Under the pieces are notes generated by a model. That model saw nothing but the letters and a program-made list of their open reading frames with translations. It had not been told where the DNA came from and ran no database searches. Made by a program: the position numbers and the translations under genes. This document shows positions 39,381 to 49,155 of a stretch of DNA of 64,000 bases, piece by piece (position 1 is the stretch's first letter; every line of letters begins with the position of its first letter). Location: NCBI GenBank assembly GCA_041665005.1, contig JBAYJR010000003.1, positions 17,102 through 81,101 on the forward strand. The letters run 5' to 3'. Origin of the DNA: Candidatus Buchananbacteria bacterium (lineage in GTDB: Bacteria > Patescibacteriota > Patescibacteriia > 2-01-FULL-39-33 > JBAYJR01).

Positions 39381-39554
39381 GTGTTACGATATGGTTTTAG
39401 CAAAATTTTTGATTTAAATAAAACAGTAATTTTGGTGATAAAAAAATCGGCCTTCCGTCAGGGGGCCGATTTTTGGTATTTATCAAAGCGGTAGATTTCT
39501 GTTAAAATACAGACGTTAGTTAGATTTTTATATTTTTTCTAGTCTAAGTAAGTT

Positions 39555-40589
39555 ATGAACTATCACTTTTATGCTACTTCCGAAAAGGCTTGGGATGCCA
39601 TGCTTAGTAGTATTAAGCAGGCTGAAAAATCCATCTATATAGAGATGTTTATTTTTTTGGATGACACTTACGAAAGCCATGATTTTTTTAGTTTACTCAA
39701 AGCCAAAGCTTTGCAGGGCCTAGAAGTTAAGGTGATTGTTGACGCCTACGGCAGTAAGGGTTTAACTGCGCGATCGGTAGCGGAACTGCGGGCTACTGGA
39801 GTGGAAGTTTTATTTTTTTCGCAATGGTTTCGGCGGATTCATAAAAAAGTAGTGATTGTTGATGGTAAGTTTGGTTTTATTGGTGGGGTTAATATTGGTA
39901 AGTATATGCGGTTGTGGGATGATTTACAGTTAAAAGTTTCGGGTGCGGTGGTGAGAAGTTTATTAGCCAGTTTTGCGCGAGCTTATAAAATCTGTGGCGG
40001 TCGGGATTTAACAGTAGCTCGTTATTTAAAAAATAAAAAATTTAAACGAGCTAAGTTTTGGTTGGTAGAAAATTGGTCGGAGTCGGGAATTTTTACGCTA
40101 AAAGATTTTTATGAAGAAAAAATCAACCAAGCTCAGCAAAGTATTATTATTGTGACGCCTTATTTTTTGCCCAAACGTTGGTTAATGGCCATGTTAGATA
40201 CCGCGGTTAAGCGGGGGGTTAAAGTGTTAGTGTTGATTCCACAACGATCAGATTTAATTATTATCAATCGCATTAATTTTTGGTTTTGTTCAAAACTGTT
40301 AGCTAATGGGGTAAAATTTTATTTAGGCCAGACCATGAATCACGCCAAAGTTTTTTTGATTGATAATAACCAAGCTTTAGTCGGTTCACAAAATATTGAT
40401 TTTTTGTCGTTTGATTATAATATTGAAACGGGGGTATTTTTTACCGATCAAAAAATTATTGCCGATTTAAGTAAAATTGTTGAAGGTTGGCTGGCGGTCG
40501 CGGTAGAATTTAACCCTCAAAAGTATCAACCCCGCTGGTATGATAAGTTAATTGGCCTAGCCTTGCGTTTGTTGAGTCCTTGGCTATAA
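39555..40589 (+). CDS. cls: Phospholipase D-family protein / cardiolipin synthase-like
   Basis: Two HKD motifs: 'HKKVVIVDG...GGVNI' and 'HAKVFLIDN...GSQNI'. Confidence 0.8.
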   Translation: MNYHFYATSEKAWDAMLSSIKQAEKSIYIEMFIFLDDTYESHDFFSLLKAKALQGLEVKVIVDAYGSKGLTARSVAELRATGVEVLFFSQWFRRIHKKVVIVDGKFGFIGGVNIGKYMRLWDDLQLKVSGAVVRSLLASFARAYKICGGRDLTVARYLKNKKFKRAKFWLVENWSESGIFTLKDFYEEKINQAQQSIIIVTPYFLPKRWLMAMLDTAVKRGVKVLVLIPQRSDLIIINRINFWFCSKLLANGVKFYLGQTMNHAKVFLIDNNQALVGSQNIDFLSFDYNIETGVFFTDQKIIADLSKIVEGWLAVAVEFNPQKYQPRWYDKLIGLALRLLSPWL

Positions 40590-40739
40590 AACTTGACGAT
40601 ATAGCCGGGATTGACAGGTTACTTGACTTATTTATTTTTATGTGGTATACTATTTAAGCAAAAATATTGTGTCTCAAAAAAGTGGTCGATTTTTAAACTC
40701 TTTATTAAATTGCGATTTTATAAACTAAGTCTTAAACTT

Positions 40740-40940
40740 ATGACAGGTACTATAAAAACTCTATTGACCGAAAAAGGTTTTGGTTTTATCAAAGCCGAAG
40801 GTCAAGAAAAGGATTTATTCTTTCACAGCAATTCCTTGGTTGGTGTCCAATTCAGCGAATTACGTGAAGGTGATGCCGTTTCTTTTGAAACCGAAATGTC
40901 TCCAAAAGGAATGAATGCAGTCAATGTTCAACGCGCTTAA
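40740..40940 (+). CDS. cspA: Cold-shock protein (CspA family)
   Basis: 'GTIKTLLTEKGFGFIKAEGQEKDLFFH' RNP1/RNP2 motifs. The ORF-track entry 40611-40940 carries a spurious N-terminal extension. Confidence 0.85.
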   Translation: MTGTIKTLLTEKGFGFIKAEGQEKDLFFHSNSLVGVQFSELREGDAVSFETEMSPKGMNAVNVQRA

Positions 40941-41093
40941 TAGTTCGTTAGCAAGTAAGGTCCCGCCCAATTTTGTTGAGGCGGGATTTTGCTTGGAATA
41001 GTTTTGGAGTTTTTGGCTCAAGCTATTGCTTTTTGTTGTTTAAACGACTATACTCTAACTATAATTAACTATAATAATTAGTCTAAATAAATT

Positions 41094-41936
41094 ATGAAAA
41101 ATTTTAATCGAGGTGGTGGTTTTGGTGATCGTAAGAGTAGCGGTGGTGGTTTTGGCCGTCGAGATTCGGGTGGTCGCGGTTTTGGTCGCGGTGGTAGTGA
41201 TACTGGCCGGCCGACAATGCATCAGGCCGTTTGTACTGAATGTGGTCAGGCTTGTGAAGTGCCATTTAAACCAACTGGTAGCAAACCAGTCTATTGTAAT
41301 AACTGTTTTAAGGGTAAAGAAGCGGCTGGTCCTCAGCGCGCGGGTGGCGGTTTTGGCCGTCGAGATTCTGGTAGTCGCGGGTTTAACCGTGGTGGTAGCG
41401 ATGGCGGCCGGATGGCGATGCACGAAGCAGTTTGTAGCGAATGCGGTCAGACTTGTGAAGTACCATTTAAGCCAACTGGTGATAAGCCGGTTTATTGCAA
41501 TAATTGTTTTAAAGGTAAGGACGCCGGAAGCTCGTCACGCTTTGGTGGTCGGGATTTTGGCAAGGATAGTTTTCAAGATAAAAAAATGTTTAAAGCCACT
41601 TGCGATAATTGCGGCAAAGCTTGCGAAGTGCCTTTTCGGCCTTCTGCCGGTAAACCAGTTTATTGCAGTGATTGTTTTGGCAAAGTTGATAATGCCGGTG
41701 GCAAAAATCCTTCTGCCGATCAATTTAAAGTTTTAAATGACAAATTAGATAAGATTTTGCGCACCTTGGGAGCCAGTTACCCTACGGCAGTGGTGGCCAA
41801 AAAAGAACCAGTTAAAGAGGTGGTTAAAGAAATAGCCAAGGAACCAGTTAAAGAGGTAAAAAAGATTGAACCTAAAAAGTTGGCTAAAAAAGCGGATAAG
41901 AAGGTGGTCGCACCCAAGAAAGCCAAGAAAAAGTAG
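41094..41936 (+). CDS. Triple zinc-ribbon protein with an RGG/Gly-rich N-terminus and a Lys-rich C-terminal tail. Putative nucleic-acid-binding.
   Basis: Three repeats of 'C-x2-C-x-C-EVPF(K/R)P-x4-KPVYC-x2-CF'. N-terminal 'GGGFGDR..GGGFGRRDSGGRGFGRGG'. C-terminal 'KKADKKVVAPKKAKKK'. Confidence 0.7.
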   Translation: MKNFNRGGGFGDRKSSGGGFGRRDSGGRGFGRGGSDTGRPTMHQAVCTECGQACEVPFKPTGSKPVYCNNCFKGKEAAGPQRAGGGFGRRDSGSRGFNRGGSDGGRMAMHEAVCSECGQTCEVPFKPTGDKPVYCNNCFKGKDAGSSSRFGGRDFGKDSFQDKKMFKATCDNCGKACEVPFRPSAGKPVYCSDCFGKVDNAGGKNPSADQFKVLNDKLDKILRTLGASYPTAVVAKKEPVKEVVKEIAKEPVKEVKKIEPKKLAKKADKKVVAPKKAKKK

Positions 41937-42127
41937 CTTACAATAAATTTTTAGCGATGGCCGTGTCTGTTCAATTTAATATTGCGTAGGCCTTGGTTTG
42001 TGGTAAAGGATAATTGGGTGATAATTAAGTAAAGAATAGCGCGACTTTGCGTAGAATGCGATACTTTGTATAATATATGAAAGCACTTCGCAGATAAATA
42101 GGTTAGGCGAAATAATTTTATAAATTT

Positions 42128-42370
42128 ATGAAATATAAATGGAATGCTTATGAAATTTTCTCCACGGTAATAGCACTATTTGCAATTTTAGTAGCGATTT
42201 ATTTTGGATTTCGAAATTCCGCCTTAAAAAAGGAAATAAGTAATACGAATTGTTCAGGAGGTGATATAAATATAAAAGCTGGTAATGGAAGTCCTTACGG
42301 CTCTGGCGGATCTGTTAAAATTGGCCCTGGGATATACAAAGCGGGAAATGGAGGAACTATTAATCAATAG
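42128..42370 (+). CDS. Hypothetical small protein: N-terminal TM and a Gly/Asn-rich C-terminus
   Basis: ORF track. Lies in a very AT-rich segment (~42.0-43.2 kb). Confidence 0.35.
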   Translation: MKYKWNAYEIFSTVIALFAILVAIYFGFRNSALKKEISNTNCSGGDINIKAGNGSPYGSGGSVKIGPGIYKAGNGGTINQ

Positions 42371-42402
42371 TAGAATAATTATTTGTAACTTTTTTATTTT
42401 TT

Positions 42403-42936
42403 ATGCTTGATTTAACGTTGCCATTTATAATCTCACAAGTTGCGATAACCATCGCCATGGTTTTTGATTTTTTGAGTCTGCAATATAAAAAGCGTGAATA
42501 TACATTTTTATGCTTGATTGTTTCGGCTAGTTTAATAAGCGCTCATTATTTTTTATTGGGTAAAATTGCGGCTGGTGTTATTGTTTTAATTTCTGTTCTA
42601 AGATTTATTACTTGTTATTTTACGACCAATAAAAAATACTTGTTTATATTTATTGCGTTAAACACGATTTCCTTATTTTTTACATACAAAAACCCCACTG
42701 ATTTAATTATTTATGTCGGCTTAATTATTTTTATCATCGGTAATTTTCAAGAGGACAATAAATTAATGAGGAAGCTAATGATGAGCGGCACCTCTTTAAT
42801 TGTTTTGTATAATGCCATTATTCTCTCGCCAATGGGAGTTGTTGCAGAAGGTTCGTTTTTGATCAGCGGTTTTATCGGTTATTATAGGTTTTATATAAAA
42901 AACAAGGAAAAAATAAAAAAGTCCCAAGTAATTTAG
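42403..42936 (+). CDS. Hypothetical polytopic membrane protein
   Basis: ORF track. 5-6 hydrophobic helices. Confidence 0.45.
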   Translation: MLDLTLPFIISQVAITIAMVFDFLSLQYKKREYTFLCLIVSASLISAHYFLLGKIAAGVIVLISVLRFITCYFTTNKKYLFIFIALNTISLFFTYKNPTDLIIYVGLIIFIIGNFQEDNKLMRKLMMSGTSLIVLYNAIILSPMGVVAEGSFLISGFIGYYRFYIKNKEKIKKSQVI

Positions 42937-43004
42937 TAATTATTTAAAATTCAAAAAATATTTTTAGCAGGTTTTGTTTAATAACAATTAAAGGAGGTGT
43001 TGCT

Positions 43005-43190
43005 ATGTTTAATTTCTGTTCCGTAGTCAATTTGTTATTTATTGGCCTGTACAATCTCGTCGCGGTCATTGTTAAAATGTTTGGTCACGAAGAGACGGCC
43101 ACTAAAATTCGGAAACGAGCCGTAAGATGCAGGAAAAAGATTGAGTTTTACGAAGGCGAAGGGCCTTATCCAGAAAAAGAAAAAGTTTAA
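43005..43190 (+). CDS. Hypothetical small protein
   Basis: ORF track. RBS AAAGGAGG 7 nt upstream. Terminator hairpin GGGGATC...GATCCCC downstream. Confidence 0.3.
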   Translation: MFNFCSVVNLLFIGLYNLVAVIVKMFGHEETATKIRKRAVRCRKKIEFYEGEGPYPEKEKV

Positions 43191-43321
43191 ATTTTTTACC
43201 TTCAAATGGGGATCATCACGATCCCCATTTTTTAAAAGGGAAGACCGGGCGGTCGCGGCCCATTAGTTGTTATTAATAAACAAAAACACCCCCAAGTTGG
43301 AGGTGTTTTTTAGGCTAAAAT

Positions 43322-43666
43322 TTATTTAAGACTTTTAACAATGGCCGCGAAAATTTTTGGTTCTTTGACGGCTAATTCGGATAAAACTTTACGGTCTAGT
43401 TCAATTTGGTGCTTTTTTAAGGCGTCAATAAATTTGCTGTAAGAAAAACCCTGTGGCCGCAAGGCAGCGTTTAATTTGATTTGCCACAAAGCGCGGAAAT
43501 CGCGTTTTTTATTGCGACGATCGCGATAAGCATAAACTCCCGCTTTGGTAACGGCGGTTTTAGCTAATTTAATTTTACTTTTGCGTCCCCATTTAAAACC
43601 CTTAGCTTGGCGTAATAGATTGCGGCGACTTTTAGCATGATGGACTCCTCGTTTAACTCTAGGCAT
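43322..43666 (-). CDS. rplT: 50S ribosomal protein L20
   Basis: 'MPRVKRGVHHAKSRRNLLRQAKGF' L20 N-terminus. Confidence 0.95.
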   Translation of the reverse strand: MPRVKRGVHHAKSRRNLLRQAKGFKWGRKSKIKLAKTAVTKAGVYAYRDRRNKKRDFRALWQIKLNAALRPQGFSYSKFIDALKKHQIELDRKVLSELAVKEPKIFAAIVKSLK

Positions 43667-43714
43667 AATAGTTTATAAACTAAAAATTAGATGATTAACG
43701 GTTAAGTTTAAATT

Positions 43715-43912
43715 TTACAACTGGGAAGAAATTAGACTCTTGATGTTTTTAGTGTGACTTTTGGCCATCACTTCATCACGACGTTTATTGCGAGTAGTGT
43801 TGCTTGATTCGCGGGCGTTAAAATGACCCTGGCCGCCTTTGCGACGAAGTAGTTTGCCATTTTTGCTGACCTTAAATCTTTTGGCAATAGTTTTTCTGGT
43901 TTTTAATTTCAT
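43715..43912 (-). CDS. rpmI: 50S ribosomal protein L35
   Basis: 'MKLKTRKTIAKRFKVSKNGKLLRRK' L35 signature. infC-rpmI-rplT order. Confidence 0.9.
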   Translation of the reverse strand: MKLKTRKTIAKRFKVSKNGKLLRRKGGQGHFNARESSNTTRNKRRDEVMAKSHTKNIKSLISSQL

Positions 43913-43935
43913 AGTATTTTCTTAAAAATTTTTAA

Positions 43936-44484
43936 TTATTTGTTGGCAATAGTAGTGGCAATTTTTCCGCCTTGTTGCGTAATTCCTTCTTCAATTTTAA
44001 TTTCACGAGCTTGTTGTAAATCGCTGATAAATTTATTAATAATTTCTTTAGCTAGTTGGTGATGTTGTTTTTCGCGACCGCGTAAAGCCAGTTCAATTCT
44101 AACCTTGTCGCCATTTTCTAAAAAACTTAAGGCTTGTTTTTGACGTACCGCCAAATCATGGGCACCGATTCTTAAAGAAAGCCACAAATTTTTAATTTCT
44201 ACTTCTTTTTGATGAGCCCTGGCTTTACGTTCTTGTTTGGCTTGTTGGTATAAAAATTGGCCGTAGTTAATTAATTTAACCACGGGTGGTTTAGCCGTCG
44301 GAAAAACTTCTACCAAATCAAAACCTTTTTCTTGAGCCATTTGTAAGGCTTGGCTAAAGGGCATTACTCCCAGCTGACCGCCCACTTCGTCGATAATTCT
44401 AATTTCTGGTGCAGTAATTTGGTGGTTAATACGATAGGCTAATTTGCCAGTAGCCTTAACTTTTTTGTGATAACTTTTACGCAT
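43936..44484 (-). CDS. infC: Translation initiation factor IF-3 (the true start may be a downstream non-ATG codon)
   Basis: 'IRIIDEVGGQLGVM' N-domain and 'EIKNLWLSLRIGAHDL' C-domain. Confidence 0.9.
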   Translation of the reverse strand: MRKSYHKKVKATGKLAYRINHQITAPEIRIIDEVGGQLGVMPFSQALQMAQEKGFDLVEVFPTAKPPVVKLINYGQFLYQQAKQERKARAHQKEVEIKNLWLSLRIGAHDLAVRQKQALSFLENGDKVRIELALRGREKQHHQLAKEIINKFISDLQQAREIKIEEGITQQGGKIATTIANK

Positions 44485-44551
44485 GATAGGTTAGATCAAA
44501 ATTTAAAAATCAAAGATTAGTAATTTTAATTTTTAAATTTTTAATTATTTA

Positions 44552-44935
44552 TGGTGGAGATGAGGGGAATTTCACCCCTGTACAAAAGTAATTTTAAAAT
44601 TGTTCTACCAATATAGCTAATTTAAAGGTTGGCCGACAAACTAAAAAACTAGCAAAAAGCTTGCCAGCTGAGCCCGCAATTTGGTCAACAAGTTTGGCAG
44701 GCGCAAAATTGTCCAAGTCTAATAAATGACACCGGTAACTAGCGATTAGACATAACTAGGCCGATGGCTTTAGGTATTAAGCTAAAGCAGGAGCAAAAGT
44801 TAAAGAGGCAAAAGCATCCTTAACCCTGCTAATAAGTGAGTTGGCACTTATAAATTTGATTGAAGTTTAACGAGGTTCAATTTGCTCGACTGGCACAATT
44901 TTAAAACAAGCTCTTGGCGATTTAGAGACATCCCC
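44552..44935 (-). ncRNA. ssrA: tmRNA (SsrA), about 384 nt, immediately downstream of smpB
   Basis: 5' GGGGAUG pairs with 3' CAUCUCC-A-CCA, giving the G3:U70 alanine identity pair. T-arm-like AGGGG-UGAAAUU-CCCCU. Encoded CCA. Candidate tag ORF '...DAFASLTFAPALA*'. Canonical smpB-ssrA synteny. Confidence 0.8.
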
Positions 44936-44944
44936 GTAACTTGT

Positions 44945-45400
44945 CTATTGTCTACTTTTCAACGTTCGGTTAATTTCTCGGTCAAGTTCGCGTTTTTTTA
45001 TCGTTTGACGTTTATCAATTTTTCTTTTTCCTTGACCTAAAATTAGTTTGACTTTAATAAAACTGCCCTTAGTATACACTGAAAGTGGCAAAATTGTCAA
45101 GCCTTGGCGGGAAACTTGGCCGAGCCAGGCTTTAATCTCGGATTTATGCAAAAGTAGCTCCCGAGTACGGTCTGGGCTGTAGTTTTGTTGGTGATTGGCG
45201 GCCGGCGGGTAAGGGGCAATATAAGAGTTCAAGAGCCAGGCTCGGAGGTTGCCATCAATAATAGCATAGCTGTCTTTAATAACTAAACGCCCGGTTTTAG
45301 CGGATTTAACCTCTGGTCCAGTTAATTTTAAGCCCGCCTCCAAAGTTTCTAAGGCTTTGTAGTCAAAAAGGGCTTTTTTGTTCTCAGCTAAGGTTGGCAT
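44945..45400 (-). CDS. smpB: SsrA-binding protein SmpB
   Basis: 'LAENKKA...GNLRAWLLNSYIAPY...ELLLHKSEI'. Start taken at the second Met of the track ORF. Confidence 0.9.
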   Translation of the reverse strand: MPTLAENKKALFDYKALETLEAGLKLTGPEVKSAKTGRLVIKDSYAIIDGNLRAWLLNSYIAPYPPAANHQQNYSPDRTRELLLHKSEIKAWLGQVSRQGLTILPLSVYTKGSFIKVKLILGQGKRKIDKRQTIKKRELDREINRTLKSRQ

Positions 45401-45477
45401 AAAAGTTAACTTTATATTATAATAAAAGCAGACTAAAGGCAATTGTTTAACCTTAATTTTTAAGTTATAATGTATTT

Positions 45478-46533
45478 ATGAACCAACCAGTTCAAAGAAT
45501 TAAAATTGAAATTAGCACTTGGGCGGTAATTAAGGTAGTACTAGCGGTTTTAGCCGTGCTGTTTTTGTTTTATGTGCAAGATATTGTGTTGATTTTGTTT
45601 GTCTCTATGGTTTTGGCAGCAGCCTTTAATCCTTGGACCGATTGGTTACAAAAAAGATCTATTCCGCGCCCTTTGGCGATTTTAACTTTATATTTATTAG
45701 CGTTAATTGTTTTAATTCTAACTGTGGGTTTGTTAATTCCGCCGTTAAGTCAGCAGGTTAGTCAACTATCAGATAATTTTCCGGTTTATTGGCAAAATGT
45801 AACTAAGGGTTTTTTCCATTTGCAGCAGTATTCTCAACAGTTTGGTTTAGAGGATAATGTTAAAAACTTTTTTGCCGGCTTACAAGGTAGTTTAGACAAA
45901 GCAGCCTCGGGTTTGTTTAGCTCCTTAATTTCTTTTTTTGGTGGTTTAGCGGCGATCATTATTATTTTAGTGTTGGCTTTCTATTTGGTGGTAGAACAAG
46001 GGGCAATTAAAAAATCAGTTAAACAAATGATTCCGCTACAGTACCAAGAATTTATTATAAGATTATACAGTGTAATTCAGGAGCGGTTAGGCTGGTGGTT
46101 GCGCGGTCAATTAATTTTAGCTTTAATTATTGGAGTTTTTGCTTATATTGGTTTGACTATCCTAGGGGTAGAATATGCCGCTGTGTTGGCATTGCTATCA
46201 GGCATTACCGAAGTGATTCCTTATTTGGGTCCGGTAATTGCTGCTATTCCTGCGGTATTTTTCGCTTTTACCCAATCGCCGTTTAAAGCTTTAATGGTGA
46301 TAATTTTGTTTTACGTAATTCATTGGACCGAAAACAATTTAATTGTGCCCAAGGTGATGCAGAAAACTACGGGATTAAATCCGATTGTCGTTATCGTTGC
46401 TATTTTATTGGGTGCCAAATTGGCGGGCTTTTGGGGAATTTTGTTGGCGGTACCAACAGCCACGATTATCAGCATCTTAGTAAATGAATTGTCGGCGGTT
46501 GGCTGGGATCCACGCTCTAGCTTGGAAAAATAA
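45478..46533 (+). CDS. AI-2E family transporter (UPF0118 / PerM-like)
   Basis: 8-TM pattern with 'ITEVIPYLGPVIAAIPAVFFAF' conserved segment. Confidence 0.8.
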   Translation: MNQPVQRIKIEISTWAVIKVVLAVLAVLFLFYVQDIVLILFVSMVLAAAFNPWTDWLQKRSIPRPLAILTLYLLALIVLILTVGLLIPPLSQQVSQLSDNFPVYWQNVTKGFFHLQQYSQQFGLEDNVKNFFAGLQGSLDKAASGLFSSLISFFGGLAAIIIILVLAFYLVVEQGAIKKSVKQMIPLQYQEFIIRLYSVIQERLGWWLRGQLILALIIGVFAYIGLTILGVEYAAVLALLSGITEVIPYLGPVIAAIPAVFFAFTQSPFKALMVIILFYVIHWTENNLIVPKVMQKTTGLNPIVVIVAILLGAKLAGFWGILLAVPTATIISILVNELSAVGWDPRSSLEK

Positions 46534-46606
46534 TTTTAGAAGTGCTATAATTAACACACTTAATAAATAATTAATTTGGTCTCTTATTTGGAGACTTGCT
46601 AAAACT

Positions 46607-47164
46607 ATGGTTTATAAAACTAACCCGACTTTAAAAAAATTTTCACCCGAAGAAGATCTTTTAGGTGAAGAACAAGTTGCCACAGAATATGAATTACCTC
46701 GTCCTAGCAGTAGAAAAATTTGGGGTTCTATTCTTTTGGTGGTAGTAGTAATTATGGCTATTTGGTATTTAGTGCCAAATTTTACGCCGTTTAAAAGTTT
46801 TCCGGCCCTAACTTATCCTTGGCCTTCTAACCAATGGCAAGCCGTCTTTTTAACCAATGGTCAAGTTTATTTTGGTAAAATTGAAAGAGTCACCTGGAAC
46901 GCAGTGGTCTTGAAAGATATTTATTACTTGCAGTTAGTCACCAGACCACTGCAAAGAACCATTGAGGGCCAGGCTAGTTCTACAGCGCAGGCTCAGACCA
47001 CCCAAGAGCCGACTTTGATTAAATTAGGCAACGAATTGCATGGTCCAACCGATCAGATTGTAATCAGTCGTAGTCAGATTATGTTTACGGAATTTTTAAA
47101 GACTGATGGCCGGGTAGTGCAAGCAATTAATGATTACGTTAAATCTTTGAAAGAAACCAAATAG
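46607..47164 (+). CDS. Hypothetical membrane-anchored protein
   Basis: ORF track. Single TM. Confidence 0.4.
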   Translation: MVYKTNPTLKKFSPEEDLLGEEQVATEYELPRPSSRKIWGSILLVVVVIMAIWYLVPNFTPFKSFPALTYPWPSNQWQAVFLTNGQVYFGKIERVTWNAVVLKDIYYLQLVTRPLQRTIEGQASSTAQAQTTQEPTLIKLGNELHGPTDQIVISRSQIMFTEFLKTDGRVVQAINDYVKSLKETK

Positions 47165-47249
47165 TTGCCAAAAGTTAAAAAATTAGCTAAATTATAAGGG
47201 TGGCTTAAGCCACCCTTTATAGATTAAAATAAATTATAAACGTAGTTAT

Positions 47250-48569
47250 ATGGATTTAATGGAAAAAATCGTTTCTTTGTGTAAACGTCGTGGTTTTGTT
47301 TATCCCGGTTCAGAAATTTATGGTGGTTTGGCCAATGCTTGGGATTTTGGGCCATTGGGGGTAGAAATGAAAAATAATTTAAAAAATCTTTTTTGGCAAA
47401 AGGCGGTGCGAGAGCGCGCTGATATGGTGGGTTTGGATGCAGCAATTTTAATGAACCCTAAAACTTGGGAAGCCTCGGGTCATCTTAAAAATTTTACCGA
47501 TCCGTTGGTGGAATGTAAAAAATGTCATCAACGTTTTCGGGCGGATCAGTTGCCAATAGACCACGCTCAAATTTGTGGCGGTGAATTAACGGAATCCCGA
47601 CAGTTTAATATGATGTTAAAAACCTTTTTAGGACCAGTGGAAGGCGAAGCTGGTACGGCTTATTTTCGGCCCGAAACGGCGCAAGGCATTTTTGTGAATT
47701 TTTTAAATGTTATTAATACCTCACGGCAAAAAATTCCTTTTGGGATTGCACAAGTAGGTAAGTCTTTTCGCAATGAAATTACGCCGGGCAATTTTATTTT
47801 TCGGACTCGCGAATTTGAACAAATGGAAATTGAATATTTTGTTAAACCTGGCGAAGATGAAAAATATTTTGAAGAGTGGCAAACTTGGCTTTGGAATTTT
47901 TTTTTAGCGGCCGGTTTACAAGCTGAAAATCTGCGGATTTACGAACATCCAAAAGAAAAATTGTCGCATTACTCTAAACGGACGATTGATATTGAATATA
48001 AATTTCCTTGGGGTTGGGGCGAATTGTGCGGTTTGGCCAATCGAACTGATTTTGATTTAAGTCAACACGCTAAATTTTCTGGTCAAGATCTAACTTATCG
48101 CGATTTAGAGACTAATGAAAAATTTACCCCATATGTAATTGAGCCATCTTTGGGGGTCGAACGCGCGGTTTTGGCTATTTTATTGGATGCTTACACCGAA
48201 ATTGCCGGCGGTCGCAGTGTTACCACAGAAGCGACCAAAGAAATGGAAATGGTTTTAAAATTAGCCAAGGCCATTGCGCCAGTTAAGGTGGCGGTTTTGC
48301 CTCTATCTAAAAAAGAAGAATTAGCCAAGCTGGCTAAACCGTTAGCACAAGATTTGCGTAAAATTTTTATGGTAGAATACGACGAAACCCAATCAATTGG
48401 TAAGCGTTATCGACGTCAAGACGAAATTGGCACGCCGTATTGCGTGACAGTTGATTTTGAGAGTCTAGTAGATCAAGCCGTGACGGTGCGCGATCGCGAC
48501 ACGATGCAGCAAGAACGCATTAAGCTGGCGGAATTAAGTGATTATTTAATTAATAAGTTTAATAATTAA
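47250..48569 (+). CDS. glyQS: Glycyl-tRNA synthetase (class II, dimeric GlyQS type)
   Basis: '[25 protein letters not shown]' N-terminus, class II motifs, anticodon-binding C-terminus. Confidence 0.9.
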   Translation: MDLMEKIVSLCKRRGFVYPGSEIYGGLANAWDFGPLGVEMKNNLKNLFWQKAVRERADMVGLDAAILMNPKTWEASGHLKNFTDPLVECKKCHQRFRADQLPIDHAQICGGELTESRQFNMMLKTFLGPVEGEAGTAYFRPETAQGIFVNFLNVINTSRQKIPFGIAQVGKSFRNEITPGNFIFRTREFEQMEIEYFVKPGEDEKYFEEWQTWLWNFFLAAGLQAENLRIYEHPKEKLSHYSKRTIDIEYKFPWGWGELCGLANRTDFDLSQHAKFSGQDLTYRDLETNEKFTPYVIEPSLGVERAVLAILLDAYTEIAGGRSVTTEATKEMEMVLKLAKAIAPVKVAVLPLSKKEELAKLAKPLAQDLRKIFMVEYDETQSIGKRYRRQDEIGTPYCVTVDFESLVDQAVTVRDRDTMQQERIKLAELSDYLINKFNN

Positions 48570-48581
48570 TAATTTTTAAGT

Positions 48582-49148
48582 ATGAAAAATTCTAGCAAAT
48601 GGTTAATTGGCATTGCGATTGTAGTAGTAATCATCGCAGTGTGGTTGGTTGGGGCCTACAATAACTTTATTAAATTGGATCAAGAGGCCCAGGCTCAGTG
48701 GGCGCAGGTAGAAAGCCAATATCAAAGACGGTTTGATTTGATTCCAAATTTAGTGGCCTCAGTCCAAGGTATTTTAAAACAAGAGCAGGCGATTTTTGGT
48801 ATGATTGCCGAGGCCAGAACGCGTTATGCTGGGGCGCAAGGGGTAGAAAACAAAGTGCAGGCCGCTAATCAGTTGGAATCAGCTTTGAGTCGGTTGTTGG
48901 TGGTGATGGAAAATTATCCGACTTTAAAATCTAATGAAAATGTTCAAACTTTAATGGTGCAACTAGAGGGTACTGAGAATCGCATTGCGGTTGAACGCGG
49001 ACGTTATAATGAATTAGTTAAAATTTTTAACGTTTCGGTGACTAAATTTCCTAGCAATGTTTTAGCTCGAATCTTTGGTTTTTCGGCCAAGGGCTTTTTT
49101 GAAAGTACTGTGGGAGCAGAAATAGCTCCCCAAGTGAAACTAAATTAG
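48582..49148 (+). CDS. lemA: LemA family protein
   Basis: N-terminal TM plus 'QYQRRFDLIPNLV...ENYPTLKSNENV...ERGRYNE' LemA motifs. Confidence 0.85.
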   Translation: MKNSSKWLIGIAIVVVIIAVWLVGAYNNFIKLDQEAQAQWAQVESQYQRRFDLIPNLVASVQGILKQEQAIFGMIAEARTRYAGAQGVENKVQAANQLESALSRLLVVMENYPTLKSNENVQTLMVQLEGTENRIAVERGRYNELVKIFNVSVTKFPSNVLARIFGFSAKGFFESTVGAEIAPQVKLN

Positions 49149-49155
49149 TAAGTTA

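Noticed and set aside
40611-40739. N-terminal extension of the cold-shock ORF
   Set aside because: CspA homology begins at the Met at 40740. The upstream 43 codons are AT-rich, non-conserved-looking and lack an RBS.
41113-41736. Alternative-frame 207-aa ORF and the minus-strand ORF 41055-41423 overlapping the zinc-ribbon gene
   Set aside because: They are produced by the GC-rich repetitive GGT/GGC codon runs. The +1 frame (41094-41936) carries the coherent CxxC repeat architecture.
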